DNA of 64,000 nt from an uncultured Ruminococcus sp. (GTDB lineage: Bacteria > Bacillota > Clostridia > Oscillospirales > CAG-382), in the NCBI GenBank assembly GCA_902772845.1, contig CACYCI010000018.1, positions 2,305 through 66,304 on the forward strand, read 5' to 3'. The position numbers and the translations under genes are program-made. Positions 11,676 through 21,638 of the stretch are shown here, piece by piece. Within the stretch, counting starts at the first letter, position 1, and the number at the start of each line of letters is the position of its first letter. A model generated the notes under the pieces. The model saw only the letters and a program-made list of their open reading frames with translations. It was not told the DNA's origin and made no database searches.

Positions 11676-12545
11676 ATGAAGATAAACGAAAAAGGTTTTA
11701 AAAAGACCGCCATAAACTGGTATCCGGGGCACATGGCAAAGGCGAAGCGGGCTATACAGGATATCCTTCCGCTTATAGACGCGGTCATAGAGCTTGCCGA
11801 TTCGCGCCTGCCGCTTTCGTCCCGCAACCCGGATTTTGACGCGCTTTTCAAAAACAAGCCCAAAATACTTGTGTTCAACAAGTTCGCATACTGCGACGGC
11901 GCGCGTACGCGATTTGTTGCAAGGGCGGAAGAAGAATCCGGCAAGCCGGTGCTTTACATAGACTGCAAAAAGGACCCCGATATGAAATCGGTCACCGCCG
12001 CGTTAAGGCAGGTCTGCGCCGAAAAGCTGGAGCGCAACGCGCAGAAAGGCGTAAGCAAACCGCTGCGCGCGCTTGTGGCGGGGATCACGAACGTGGGCAA
12101 GTCCACTTTTATAAACACGTTCACCGGCACTAAAAAGGCAAAGACCGAAGACCGCCCCGGCGTCACCCGCGCAAACGCGTGGATAGCTTCGCCCTACGGC
12201 GTGGATCTGCTCGACACCCCCGGCCTTTTGTGGCCGCGCTTCAGCGATAAAAGCGTTGGCGTCAAGCTCGCGGCGGTCGGCTCCGTGCGCGACGATATTC
12301 TCGATCTTACGGAGCTCGCCTGCGATACGCTGGGCGTCTTGCGCGAACGCGGCTATTCGCCGCTGCTGGAAGCGCGCTATAAGACCGAAGTGTGCGAGGA
12401 AGACACGAACTACGACCTGCTTCTTAAAATAGGCAAAGCGCGCGGGTTTCTGGTTTCGGGCGGGGAAATAAACGAAGAACGCACGGCAAGCGTGCTGCTC
12501 GACGAATTTCGCGGCGGCAAGATAGGTAAAATGACGCTTGACTGA
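11676..12545 (+). CDS. rbgA: Ribosome biogenesis GTPase A (YlqF/RbgA, circularly permuted GTPase)
   Basis: INWYPGHMAKAKR, G1 GITNVGKST, G3 DTPG. Start moved from the track's 11640 to the in-frame ATG 11676 to avoid overlapping lepB. Confidence 0.86.
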   Translation: MKINEKGFKKTAINWYPGHMAKAKRAIQDILPLIDAVIELADSRLPLSSRNPDFDALFKNKPKILVFNKFAYCDGARTRFVARAEEESGKPVLYIDCKKDPDMKSVTAALRQVCAEKLERNAQKGVSKPLRALVAGITNVGKSTFINTFTGTKKAKTEDRPGVTRANAWIASPYGVDLLDTPGLLWPRFSDKSVGVKLAAVGSVRDDILDLTELACDTLGVLRERGYSPLLEARYKTEVCEEDTNYDLLLKIGKARGFLVSGGEINEERTASVLLDEFRGGKIGKMTLD

Positions 12546-12623
12546 CCGCTCTTTTGTGAAATTCGCACAAAAAACAGCATGATATTTTTATGCTTCGAGC
12601 AACCGCTTTTCACACTTTTCCAC

Positions 12624-12652
12624 TTGATAAATCGCCGGAAATACAGTATAAT
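12624..12652 (+). promoter_or_regulatory. Candidate promoter of the EF-G-like gene
   Basis: TTGATA 12624-12629, 17-nt spacer, TATAAT 12647-12652. Confidence 0.45.
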
Positions 12653-12721
12653 CACTATTTGAGGCGAAATGCCCGTTTTAATGAAAATAAGTAATATATA
12701 TTTTAAGGAGAACAAACAAAC

Positions 12722-14794
12722 ATGGCAAAATTCCAATCCAACCAGATCAGAAATATCTGCCTGCTCGGTCACGGCGGGGACGGCAAGACTTCGCTCACCG
12801 AAGCAATGCTCTATTTGGCAAAAGCCACCGACCGCCTTGGCAAGACCGCGGACGGCAACACGGTTTCGGATTTCGACCCCGAAGAAATATCCCGCGGCAT
12901 ATCTATTTCAGCTTCTCTTTCCAATCTCGTTTGGAACGGTAAAAAAATAAACATACTCGACACCCCGGGCTACTTCGATTTCGTAGGCGAAGTCAAGCAG
13001 GCGCTTTCCGTTGCCGATTCCGCCGTTTTCGTAGTAGACGGCAAATCCGGCTGCAAGGTCGGCACCGAGCTTTGCTGGGAGTACGCCGGCAAAATGCCCA
13101 AAGCCATATTCGTAAATAAGATGGACGACGAAAACGCCAAGTTCGAAACGGTGCTTTCCGGCCTGCGCGACACTTTCGGTTCCGCCGTCTGCCCGCTGTT
13201 CGTTCCGTTCCACGAAGGCGCCGCCGATATGGGCTATTACAACCTCCTTACCGAAAAAGCGTACAGGTTCGACAAAGCCGGCAAGCCCGCTGAATGCGAG
13301 CTTCCCGCCGACATGAAAGGCCAGATGGCCGATTACGTCAACGAGCTCAACGAATCTCTTGCCGAGACCAGCGAAGAGCTCATGGAAAAATTCTTTGCCG
13401 AAGAGCCCTTCACTCATGAAGAAACGGCCAACGCGCTCAACACCGGGCTGTTCACCGGCACCATAACCCCGGTCTTCTCGGGCTCCGCCACCACGCTCGC
13501 GGGCGTTTCGGCCCTGCTCGACACCATAGCCGCTTCCTTTGTTTCTCCGCTCGATAAAACGCATCACGTCGTTATAGACGACAGCGGCAAGCAGACCGAG
13601 ATCGAAGCCAAAGCCGACGGCGCTACCGCTCTGTTCGTGTTCAAGACTTCTGTCGATAACTTCGGCAAAAAGTCGTTCTTCAAGGTAATGAACGGCGAAC
13701 TCAAAAAAGACATGATACTCGTCAACAAAGTTTCCGGCCAGTCCGAAAAGATCGCCCGCATACTCACCTGCGTCGGCAAAAAAGAGACCGACGTCGACGA
13801 ACTCGCATACGGCGACCTGGGCTATACCGTAAAGCTGGTCAACACCAACACCAACGCAACGCTCGCCGCAAACGAATTCGGTTATAAATTCCCCGCCATC
13901 ACCTACCCGACCCCCTGCCTCATGATGGCTGTCGTCCCCAAGGCAAAGGGCGACGAAGATAAGATCTCCACCGGCGTTTCCAAGCTGCTCGAAGAAGACC
14001 TTACCATTAAATATACCACTAACGCCGAAACCAAAGAAATGATCCTAACCGGCATGGGCGATACCCACCTTTCGGTCATCGTTTCCCGCCTCAAGAACCG
14101 TTTCGGCACCTCCGTCGATCTCCAGACGCCCAAGGTCCCCTACCGCGAGACCATCAAGAAAAAAGCGTCTGTCGAAGGCAAGCATAAAAAACAGTCCGGC
14201 GGCCACGGCCAGTACGGTCACGTCAAGATAGAATTCGCCCCCGGCGAACAGGAAGGCCTTGAATTCACCGAATCCGTGTTCGGCGGCTCGGTGCCCAAGA
14301 ACTTCTTCCCGGCGGTCGAAAAAGGCCTGCAGGAATCCATGCAGAAGGGTATACTCGCAGGGTATCCCGTTATCAAAGTCAAGGCCAATCTGTTCGACGG
14401 TTCTTATCACCCTGTCGACTCTTCCGAAATGGCGTTCAAGATCGCTGCCAACCTCGCGTTCAAAGAGGGTATGAAACAGTGCTCCGCCGTCCTGCTCGAG
14501 CCGGTCGGCGAACTCAAGGTCACTATCCCCACTTCGCTTTCCGGCGATATCATGGGCGACCTTCCCAAACGCCGCGGCAAGATCATGGGCATGAGCGAAT
14601 CCGAAAAGAAGGGCTATACCGTAATAGAAGCCGAAGTCCCCGAAGCGGAAATGCTCAATTACGCTACCCAGCTCCGCGCCATGACTCAGGGCAGAGGCGT
14701 GTATTCCTTTGAATTCGTAAGGTACGAGGAAGCGCCTTCCGACGTAGCCGAAAAGGTCATAGAAGCGGCAAAGAAAGAAAACGAGGAAGAATAA
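12722..14794 (+). CDS. Elongation factor G family GTPase (EF-G2-type paralogue)
   Basis: 690 aa. G1 GHGGDGKTS, G3 DTPG, G4 NKMD, domain IV SYHPVDSSEMAFKIA. Not located in a str operon. Confidence 0.86.
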   Translation: MAKFQSNQIRNICLLGHGGDGKTSLTEAMLYLAKATDRLGKTADGNTVSDFDPEEISRGISISASLSNLVWNGKKINILDTPGYFDFVGEVKQALSVADSAVFVVDGKSGCKVGTELCWEYAGKMPKAIFVNKMDDENAKFETVLSGLRDTFGSAVCPLFVPFHEGAADMGYYNLLTEKAYRFDKAGKPAECELPADMKGQMADYVNELNESLAETSEELMEKFFAEEPFTHEETANALNTGLFTGTITPVFSGSATTLAGVSALLDTIAASFVSPLDKTHHVVIDDSGKQTEIEAKADGATALFVFKTSVDNFGKKSFFKVMNGELKKDMILVNKVSGQSEKIARILTCVGKKETDVDELAYGDLGYTVKLVNTNTNATLAANEFGYKFPAITYPTPCLMMAVVPKAKGDEDKISTGVSKLLEEDLTIKYTTNAETKEMILTGMGDTHLSVIVSRLKNRFGTSVDLQTPKVPYRETIKKKASVEGKHKKQSGGHGQYGHVKIEFAPGEQEGLEFTESVFGGSVPKNFFPAVEKGLQESMQKGILAGYPVIKVKANLFDGSYHPVDSSEMAFKIAANLAFKEGMKQCSAVLLEPVGELKVTIPTSLSGDIMGDLPKRRGKIMGMSESEKKGYTVIEAEVPEAEMLNYATQLRAMTQGRGVYSFEFVRYEEAPSDVAEKVIEAAKKENEEE

Positions 14795-14836
14795 GCTCCG
14801 TTTTCCACCGACATCAACTAAAGCGAGGTATTTGTT

Positions 14837-16273
14837 ATGACAAAACGCACCGGCTTAACGGCAATGGCTCTGGTCATTGTAATGCTTTGCGCGCTCGTTT
14901 TCGCGGCTTGCGCGCCCGACGGCGATATCGATTCGCTCGACTCCATACCCGACATCACTTCCAAGGAAGAATCTTCCGAAGAGATCTCCGAAGAAGTCTC
15001 GGTCGAACCGGGGCAGGCGCATCCCCCCGTCGTCACCGATGTGGTCCACGTCACCGAACAGACCGTTATCATAGCGGGCAACTGTGACGAAGGCTGCACG
15101 GTGACCGCCACCGACGGCACCACGGAAGCGTCCACCGAGTCGATATCCGGGTATTTCATAATGGAATACACCATAGATTCCACCAACTTTTCCATCTTAT
15201 CTGTCACCGCCCGGTCTGAAACGCTTACCGAAAGCCCCATAACCGCGCTCCGCGTGGAATATGATTCCACCGCCATGAAGCGCATAGACGGTTACGGCGC
15301 GAATGTCGGTAAAGGGTCGCAGGTGTATTACGATTTCGACCTGGCAAGCTACACCGGCGTGATCAACAATATAGACAAGACCACGTCAAGCACGCTCCTC
15401 ACCCAGACCGAACTCAAAAAATTCCGCAACCGCGTAAACACTTACCTCAACAACTTCCGCAAGCGCGCGGATAATACCGACGTGGATATAATCTACGTCC
15501 TTATCCCCAACAAAGTCACGGTGTATCCGGAATACCTTGTAGACGGCACAAAGCAGGAAAACTACAAGACCCGTTACGAGCAGATAGTCGAATCCCTGCA
15601 GATGACCGACGTCATCACGCTGGATATGCGTTCGGTGTTCGAAGCCGAAAAGGCAAAGGGGTCCAAGCTTTATTACGATACCGACAGCCACATCACCGAA
15701 TACGCGGGCTACCTGGTATATAAAGCCATCTGCGACGAGATCGCAAAGAAATTCCCCACCGCCGCCGCGCGCGACCTTGCCACCGAATTCAAGGCCGAAG
15801 AAAAAACGTTCAAGGGCGGCGACGTCGTTCGCCACCTCGGCATAGACCCTTCGCACCTTTCCGAAAAAGCCACCGTGTACACTCCCGAGTTTTCGCTCAG
15901 GATCGGTAACGAAGACGAAAAGATCGCCACCGCGAGCGGCTATATCTACAAATACGAAAAGTATGCCGAAGACGATTCCATGCTGCTCAATTCCACGGTC
16001 GATACGCTCGCGTTCAAGCTGCTGTTCGCCACCAACCGCAAACAGCTGCCCTGCGCGCTCATCTACCGCGACAGCTTCGCAATGAACTTTTCCGATATCC
16101 TGTGTGAACGCTTCAACCGCGTAATGCTCAACCGCGTGGGCGATTTCAATATCAACCTCACCGACACTCAGCGTTACTACGGCTATAACGCCCAGGGCAA
16201 GGAAAACAGGACTGTCGATTACATCATCGTAATATGCAGTGAATCGTATCTTGATCTTATAGCAAGATCTTAA
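14837..16273 (+). CDS. Lipoprotein with AlgX/AlgJ-like SGNH (DHHW-family) domain, putative polysaccharide O-acyltransferase
   Basis: 478 aa. Lipobox LVFAAC. Asp-x-His motif YYDTDSHITEYAGYLVYKAICDEIAKKFP. Clear paralogue of 32597-33946. Confidence 0.7.
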   Translation: MTKRTGLTAMALVIVMLCALVFAACAPDGDIDSLDSIPDITSKEESSEEISEEVSVEPGQAHPPVVTDVVHVTEQTVIIAGNCDEGCTVTATDGTTEASTESISGYFIMEYTIDSTNFSILSVTARSETLTESPITALRVEYDSTAMKRIDGYGANVGKGSQVYYDFDLASYTGVINNIDKTTSSTLLTQTELKKFRNRVNTYLNNFRKRADNTDVDIIYVLIPNKVTVYPEYLVDGTKQENYKTRYEQIVESLQMTDVITLDMRSVFEAEKAKGSKLYYDTDSHITEYAGYLVYKAICDEIAKKFPTAAARDLATEFKAEEKTFKGGDVVRHLGIDPSHLSEKATVYTPEFSLRIGNEDEKIATASGYIYKYEKYAEDDSMLLNSTVDTLAFKLLFATNRKQLPCALIYRDSFAMNFSDILCERFNRVMLNRVGDFNINLTDTQRYYGYNAQGKENRTVDYIIVICSESYLDLIARS

Positions 16274-16293
16274 CGCAAAAAAACAAACCGTTA

Positions 16294-16331
16294 AAAGCAG
16301 ACTGAAGATCGCCTTCAGTCTGCTTTTTGTT
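16294..16331 (+). terminator. Rho-independent terminator
   Basis: Stem aagcagactgaag / cttcagtctgctt with a 5-nt loop, then TTTTGTTT. Confidence 0.65.
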
Positions 16332-16854
16332 TCTTCTGGATTCTCTTGACGAGCTTATGCGGCTGTGCCTTCCCGAAGGCGGCGCGGTGGTCGTAGGCAG
16401 AAAGATATCTTCGGTCAGCTACAGCCGCTTCGACGGCAGCGACGGGCTCGAGGCGCCGCGCGGCGTATATTCGGATATATTGCGTAATTTTACGCTCACC
16501 CGGTTTTACGTTAAAAACGTTTCCGCCGGCAGCGCCGAAAATATCCCCGCAATCGTCACGCTTGCCGAAGAGTATTCGTTCCGCGACGACGGCAGCGCGT
16601 ATCAGTCCATGCCGCTGTATGCGCCCCCTATATACGGCGACGCCGACTATTTGCTCTTTTTGGCGCCTGACGACGGGTTTTCCAAAGGGACGCAGGACGT
16701 CTGGAAGGTCATGGCGGCCATACGCATAGACGATTTCAGCCGCAATTACGACCGGTACACGCAGGAAGAAGCCGTTGAGTTCATGGAGTCGTACGGATAT
16801 TTTTCCGACTTTGCGGTGGCAAAAGAAGCGATCGCCCGCTTTGCGGACAACTGA
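16327..16854 (+). CDS. Hypothetical protein, start uncertain (possible gene remnant)
   Basis: 175-aa ORF with host-like codon usage and ordinary composition. No family recognised. The only start candidates are TTG 16327 inside the preceding terminator U-tract and ATG 16357, neither with an SD. Confidence 0.4.
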   Translation: MFLLDSLDELMRLCLPEGGAVVVGRKISSVSYSRFDGSDGLEAPRGVYSDILRNFTLTRFYVKNVSAGSAENIPAIVTLAEEYSFRDDGSAYQSMPLYAPPIYGDADYLLFLAPDDGFSKGTQDVWKVMAAIRIDDFSRNYDRYTQEEAVEFMESYGYFSDFAVAKEAIARFADN

Positions 16855-16876
16855 TCTCACCAAAGGCAAAAAAACT

Positions 16877-16912
16877 GCCCGAAGACTTGCAAGTCTTCGG
16901 GCTTTGCTTTTA
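16877..16912. terminator. Bidirectional terminator between convergent genes
   Basis: Stem gcccgaagactt / agtcttcgggc, with an A-run on the left and TTTGCTTTT on the right. Confidence 0.6.
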
Positions 16913-16920
16913 TATTCACG

Positions 16921-17463
16921 CTAAAGTTCGGCGGTATCGTCTTCGGCAGAAGGCATTGGATCGAACGCGGAAGCAAGGATATTGCGGAACATTTCGTCGA
17001 TCTCTCCGTAGGACTTGCCAAGTACGATGGCAAATTCGTTGAACAGCGAATAGCGCGCGGCGCGTTCGAATTCGGTGTCCGTTACGGCGATATGGCGGTG
17101 CGTGCGCATGGCGGCGGCGCGGCGGTGCTGGACGGTTATTATGAGCCGTATATATTCCAGCGGCTCGGCGCTCGCAAGCGCGGCGCGGTAAATATCGCGG
17201 CGCTGTTTTTCGCTGTGGACGGCAAGAGAACGGCATTTGGGCGCCTCTTTCAGCACCGCGGCGGCTTCTTCCGGCGTGAGAAGCGGGCGAATGACCGCTT
17301 TCCCGCCCTCCGCGGGCGTGTAGATGACCGAATCGGCGCTGTCGAGCGGCTGCAATATGTAATAGATACGCATGTCTCCGCCGCCGAAAGGCGAAGTGCA
17401 GGTGCCTTTCACCGTGCAGACTCCGTTTGGGCCGTATACGATTTTTTCACCGGTTATGAACAT
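16921..17463 (-). CDS. CarD/CdnL-family (TRCF RNAP-interacting domain) transcriptional regulator
   Basis: 180 aa. N-terminal MFITGEKIVYGPNGVCTV...YYILQP fits the CarD N-terminal Tudor-like domain. Confidence 0.72.
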   Translation of the reverse strand: MFITGEKIVYGPNGVCTVKGTCTSPFGGGDMRIYYILQPLDSADSVIYTPAEGGKAVIRPLLTPEEAAAVLKEAPKCRSLAVHSEKQRRDIYRAALASAEPLEYIRLIITVQHRRAAAMRTHRHIAVTDTEFERAARYSLFNEFAIVLGKSYGEIDEMFRNILASAFDPMPSAEDDTAEL

Positions 17464-17683
17464 TTTTTACCCCCGAGACCGAAAATTGCCGTGATGCTTG
17501 CGTGGCGTTCCGCGCAGCCGGCGCGGCGCGTGGAAACCGCTTGTTTTTACATTATTATTATACCAAATTATAGTGGATTTTTGAATAGGCGATTTACACG
17601 AAATTTCGACGCGTTTTTTTTAGATTTTGCTTGTTTTTTGTTGCGGCTTTTTCGCGTTTTGCCCGCGCGGGCGGCGTATGCGC

Positions 17684-17720
17684 AAAAAAGCCCAAAGCTG
17701 CGCTTTGAGCTTTGGGCTTT
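17684..17720 (-). terminator. Rho-independent terminator of valS
   Basis: Stem aagcccaaagct / agctttgggctt, followed on the minus strand by TTTTTT. Confidence 0.6.
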
Positions 17721-17746
17721 GTTTACCGTAAATGCCAAAAACGGGT

Positions 17747-20368
17747 TCAGCCGGCGTTGGCGGCGAGCAGGCTTTCTTTAAGCGCGAGCTGTTTTTTGAG
17801 CTTTTCGCGTTCGGCTTCCACTACCTTTGCCGGCGCTTTCGCGCAGAATTCGGCGTTGGAAAGCTTGCGTTCCAGCATTTCTATTTCTTTTTCGCACTTT
17901 TCAAGGTCTTTCTTTATGCGCGCGCGTTCGGCTTCCATATCCACAAGCTCGCCCAGCGGTATATACACCGTGGCGGCGTGGGTTATGGCGCGTACGTTCG
18001 CGGGGAGCGCCGATTCGTCGCTGACCGGCTCCAGAGAAGAGGCGGAGGCGAGGAATTTGAAGAACGTTTCCGCTTCGCCGAAAATATCGGGGCGGTCGGT
18101 CTTTATGAACAGGCGCGTCTTGCGGGAAGGCGGAACGTTGCGTTCCGCGCGGCAGTTGCGCACCGAACGTATAGAGGCGATTATTTCGTTTATCTTTTCT
18201 TCGTCCGCGGCAAAGTCAAAACGCGCGTCGGGCTTGGGCCATGCGGCGCGGCAGATGCTTATGCCTTCGTGCGGGAGCGATTGCCAGATCTGTTCGGTGA
18301 TGAACGGCATGAACGGGTGCAGCAGTCTGCAAACGCCGGAAAGCACGTACGTCAGCACCTTTTGCGCCGTTTCGCCTGTCTGCGAGCCCTTTTGCATAAG
18401 GCGCGGCTTTACAAGCTCTATGTACCAGTCGCAGAACACGTCCCAGATAAAGTCGTAAAGCTTCTGAACGGCAATGCCGAGCTCGAACTTTTCAAGGTTT
18501 TCGGTCACTTCGGCAATAAGCTTGTTATAAAGCGAGACCAGCCAGCGGTCTTCGGTGCAAAGCGCGGAAGTATCCAGCGCGTCGGTCGGCCATTCGCGTT
18601 CAAGGTTCATGTGCACAAAGCGCGCGGCGTTCCAGATCTTGTTGGCAAAATTGCGGCTGGATTCCACCTTTTCGTCCGAAAAACGCATATCGTTTCCGGG
18701 CGAGTTGCCGGTGGCGAGCGCAAAGCGCAGCGCGTCTGCGCCGTATTTTTCTATTATCTCAAGCGGATCTATGCCGTTACCCAGCGATTTGGACATCTTT
18801 CTGCCCAGCGAATCGCGCACGAGCCCGTGGATGAGCACGGTGGAAAACGGCTTTTCGCCCATACATTCCATGCCCATGGAAATCATCCTGGCGACCCAGA
18901 AAGGTATTATGTCGTAACCGGTCACGAGCACGCTCGTGGGGTAAAAGCGGGCCAGATCTTCGGTCTGCTCCGGCCAGCCCAGCGTGGAAAACGGCCACAA
19001 GCCGGAAGAAAACCAAGTGTCCAGCACGTCGGGATCACGGCGCATCGGCTTGCCGCACTTGGGGCAAACGGGCGAATCTTCTTTGGTGACGACCATTTCG
19101 CCGCAGTCGTCGCAGTAGAACGCGGGTATGCGGTGGCCCCACCAGAGCTGACGCGAAATGCACCAGTCGCGGATGTTGCGCATCCAGTTGAGGTATATCT
19201 TGGAAAATCTGTCGGGGACGAATTTGATCTCGCCGCTTTCGACCACTTCAATGGCTTTTTCGGCGAGCGGCGCCATTTTGACGAACCACTGATCCGAAAT
19301 AAGCGGTTCCACCGTGGTGCCGCAGCGGTAGCAGGTGCCCACGTTGTGCTTGCAGGGCTCGGTCTTTACCAGATACCCGCCCGCTTCAAGGTCGGCAAGC
19401 ACCGCCTTACGGGCGGCGTAACGGTCAAGGCCCTGATATTTCCCGCCGTTGGCGTTTATGGTGGCGTCGCCGTTCATTATGTTTATCTGCTCCAGGCCGT
19501 GACGTTCGCCCACCAAAAAGTCGTTGGGGTCGTGAGCCGGGGTGATCTTGACGCAGCCGGTGCCGAACTCTTTGTCCACGTAATAGTCGGCTATTACGGG
19601 GATCTCGCGTCCGACAAGCGGCAGGATCAGCGTCTTGCCCACCAGCGCGGTGTAGCGTTCGTCGTCGGGGTTGACCGCAACGGCGGTATCGCCCAGCAGA
19701 GTTTCGGGGCGTGTGGTGGCGATCTCTACAAAGCCGCCGCCGTCTTTGAACGGATAGCGTATGTGCCAGAAATGGCCGTCTTTTTCTTCGTATTCCACTT
19801 CGGCGTCCGAAAGCGCGGTCTCGCACTGCGGGCACCAGTTGATTATGCGGTGGCCGCGGTAGATCAGGCCCTTATCGTAAAGCGAAACGAAAGTTTCTTT
19901 TACCGCTTTGGAGCAGCCCTCGTCCATGGTGAAGCGTTCACGCGTCCAGTCGCACGAAGAGCCCAGCTTTTTGAGTTGATTTATTATGCGTGAGCCGTAT
20001 TTGTTTTTCCAGTCCCAAACGCGTTCCAAAAACTTTTCGCGGCCCAGGTCATAGCGCGAAAGATGCTCGGTCTCGCGCAGGACGGCTTCGACCTTGATCT
20101 GCGTGGCTATTCCGGCGTGGTCGGTGCCGGGGACCCAAAGCGTATCGCAGCCCTGCATACGCTTAAAGCGGATGAGGATGTCCTGCAGCGTTTCGTCGAG
20201 CGCGTGCCCCATATGGAGCTGGCCGGTGACGTTGGGAGGCGGTATGACTATTGTGAACGGCGAGTTCTGCGGCTTTTCGGGCGGGGTGAACAGCCCGTTT
20301 TCGCACCAGAACATATATATTGAATCTTCAAATTCGCGCGGGTTGTATTTTTTGTCGAGTTCTTTCAT
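17747..20368 (-). CDS. valS: Valine--tRNA ligase
   Basis: 873 aa. HIGH-type [18 protein letters not shown]-terminal coiled coil. Confidence 0.97.
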   Translation of the reverse strand: MKELDKKYNPREFEDSIYMFWCENGLFTPPEKPQNSPFTIVIPPPNVTGQLHMGHALDETLQDILIRFKRMQGCDTLWVPGTDHAGIATQIKVEAVLRETEHLSRYDLGREKFLERVWDWKNKYGSRIINQLKKLGSSCDWTRERFTMDEGCSKAVKETFVSLYDKGLIYRGHRIINWCPQCETALSDAEVEYEEKDGHFWHIRYPFKDGGGFVEIATTRPETLLGDTAVAVNPDDERYTALVGKTLILPLVGREIPVIADYYVDKEFGTGCVKITPAHDPNDFLVGERHGLEQINIMNGDATINANGGKYQGLDRYAARKAVLADLEAGGYLVKTEPCKHNVGTCYRCGTTVEPLISDQWFVKMAPLAEKAIEVVESGEIKFVPDRFSKIYLNWMRNIRDWCISRQLWWGHRIPAFYCDDCGEMVVTKEDSPVCPKCGKPMRRDPDVLDTWFSSGLWPFSTLGWPEQTEDLARFYPTSVLVTGYDIIPFWVARMISMGMECMGEKPFSTVLIHGLVRDSLGRKMSKSLGNGIDPLEIIEKYGADALRFALATGNSPGNDMRFSDEKVESSRNFANKIWNAARFVHMNLEREWPTDALDTSALCTEDRWLVSLYNKLIAEVTENLEKFELGIAVQKLYDFIWDVFCDWYIELVKPRLMQKGSQTGETAQKVLTYVLSGVCRLLHPFMPFITEQIWQSLPHEGISICRAAWPKPDARFDFAADEEKINEIIASIRSVRNCRAERNVPPSRKTRLFIKTDRPDIFGEAETFFKFLASASSLEPVSDESALPANVRAITHAATVYIPLGELVDMEAERARIKKDLEKCEKEIEMLERKLSNAEFCAKAPAKVVEAEREKLKKQLALKESLLAANAG

Positions 20369-20372
20369 ATTT

Positions 20373-21623
20373 TCACACTTCCTTGAATTGATTGACCGTC
20401 AGGCCCGCGATCAGCTTGGGGTAGAAGTAGGTCGATTTCTGCGGCATTTTTCCGCCCTCCAGCGCAACGGCGCGTATCTGTTCCACTTTGGTGGGGTTCA
20501 GTATGAACGCCGCGGGCGAGGAACCGTTTTTCACCGCTTCGCACGCTTCTGCTTCGCTGCGGGTGTAGACGAGATTCTTTTGATTCTTAAGGTTTTCGCG
20601 GTCTATTTTGAGTATTTTTTCCAAAAGCAGATCGTGAAGCACCGAAACGTCGAGTCCGCTCACTGCGGACGCGCCTACATCCACGGCTTCTTTAAGGACC
20701 AGAAGCCGTACGTCGCCTCCTTTCGTTACCATGGCGAACGCGTGGCGCGCGGAATTTTTCGCAAGCGCCGGCTTTATTTCGCTTTCGCCCGAAAGAACGG
20801 TTATATCAAAGTATTCGCCGGCTTTTTCCAAAAAATCGGGAATATCTATATCCATATTCACAATGACGCGGTGAGTGGGCAGCACCACCAGTCCCGAACT
20901 CTGCATATCCACAAGCGTCATCATCACATAGCCGGAATCGCAGTCTATGCCGTTTTCGCGGCAGTATTTGTCAAACGCGCCGGCGGTCTCGTAGCGGTGA
21001 TGTCCGTCGGCTATGAAAAGCTGCTTGGGCTCGAAAAACCCGGTCAGGGCGGCGCAGATAACGCCGTCTTCTATCTTCCACATACGCTGCTTTATGCCGT
21101 CGTCGCTCGTAAAATCGCAAAGCGGATCGGCGTTTTTGCGGTAGGCGTCTATTATGCGCCTTACGTACCCTTTTTCGTCTTCGAACAGGGAATAGACCGA
21201 AGAAAAGTTGCAGAACGTGGTCTTCATCAGTTCAAAGCGGTCTTTTTTCGCTTTGGAAAGCGTTTCTTCGTGGGGTTTCACTACGTTTTCGGAATAATCG
21301 TAGGTGCGGCAGAGGCAGACCAGACCGTCAAACACGTAGGTCTTGCCGTCGTGCACGAATTCTTCTTCGTAAATGTAATAGCCCGGCTTATCGTCCTTTT
21401 TAAGCACGCCTTCCGCCGTGAACCGTTTCAAAAGCTCGGCGCTTTCGGCATAGCCGTTTTCCCCTTGCGGGAGCCCCAGGCGTATTAGGTTGTATTCCGA
21501 CCTCGCGCACAGCTCGCCGTACATTTGCGGCGTGACTATGTCGTAAGGAGGGCATACGCAGTCGGCGATATTGCCGGCTTTTTTTGTGTAGCGCAGTGCG
21601 CGGAACGGTTTTATGGCTGCCAT
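20373..21623 (-). CDS. DUF1015 family protein
   Basis: 416 aa. N-terminal IKPFRALRY...CPPYDI typical of DUF1015. Stop lies 4 nt from the valS start. Confidence 0.82.
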   Translation of the reverse strand: MAAIKPFRALRYTKKAGNIADCVCPPYDIVTPQMYGELCARSEYNLIRLGLPQGENGYAESAELLKRFTAEGVLKKDDKPGYYIYEEEFVHDGKTYVFDGLVCLCRTYDYSENVVKPHEETLSKAKKDRFELMKTTFCNFSSVYSLFEDEKGYVRRIIDAYRKNADPLCDFTSDDGIKQRMWKIEDGVICAALTGFFEPKQLFIADGHHRYETAGAFDKYCRENGIDCDSGYVMMTLVDMQSSGLVVLPTHRVIVNMDIDIPDFLEKAGEYFDITVLSGESEIKPALAKNSARHAFAMVTKGGDVRLLVLKEAVDVGASAVSGLDVSVLHDLLLEKILKIDRENLKNQKNLVYTRSEAEACEAVKNGSSPAAFILNPTKVEQIRAVALEGGKMPQKSTYFYPKLIAGLTVNQFKEV

Positions 21624-21638
21624 AGGATCACATCTCCG

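Noticed and set aside
12722-14794. EF-G-like GTPase considered as a Tet(M)/Tet(O)-type ribosomal protection (resistance) gene
   Set aside because: The G1 motif GHGGDGKTS and overall motifs resemble EF-G2-type housekeeping paralogues. There is no mobile-element context. This cannot be decided without a phylogeny, so no resistance claim is made.
16315-16869. 184-aa minus-strand ORF competing with 16327-16854 (+)
   Set aside because: It has the typical antisense-shadow composition (R/V/G/A rich). The plus-strand frame has host-like codon usage and an ordinary protein composition.
17732-19993. 753-aa plus-strand ORF (and the overlapping 17712-18458 ORF) opposite valS
   Set aside because: It is codon-aligned antisense to an unmistakable valS. 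The sequence is Arg/Gly/Ala/Phe-rich and low-complexity, with no recognisable motif. It stays open only because the host avoids TTA/CTA/TCA codons.
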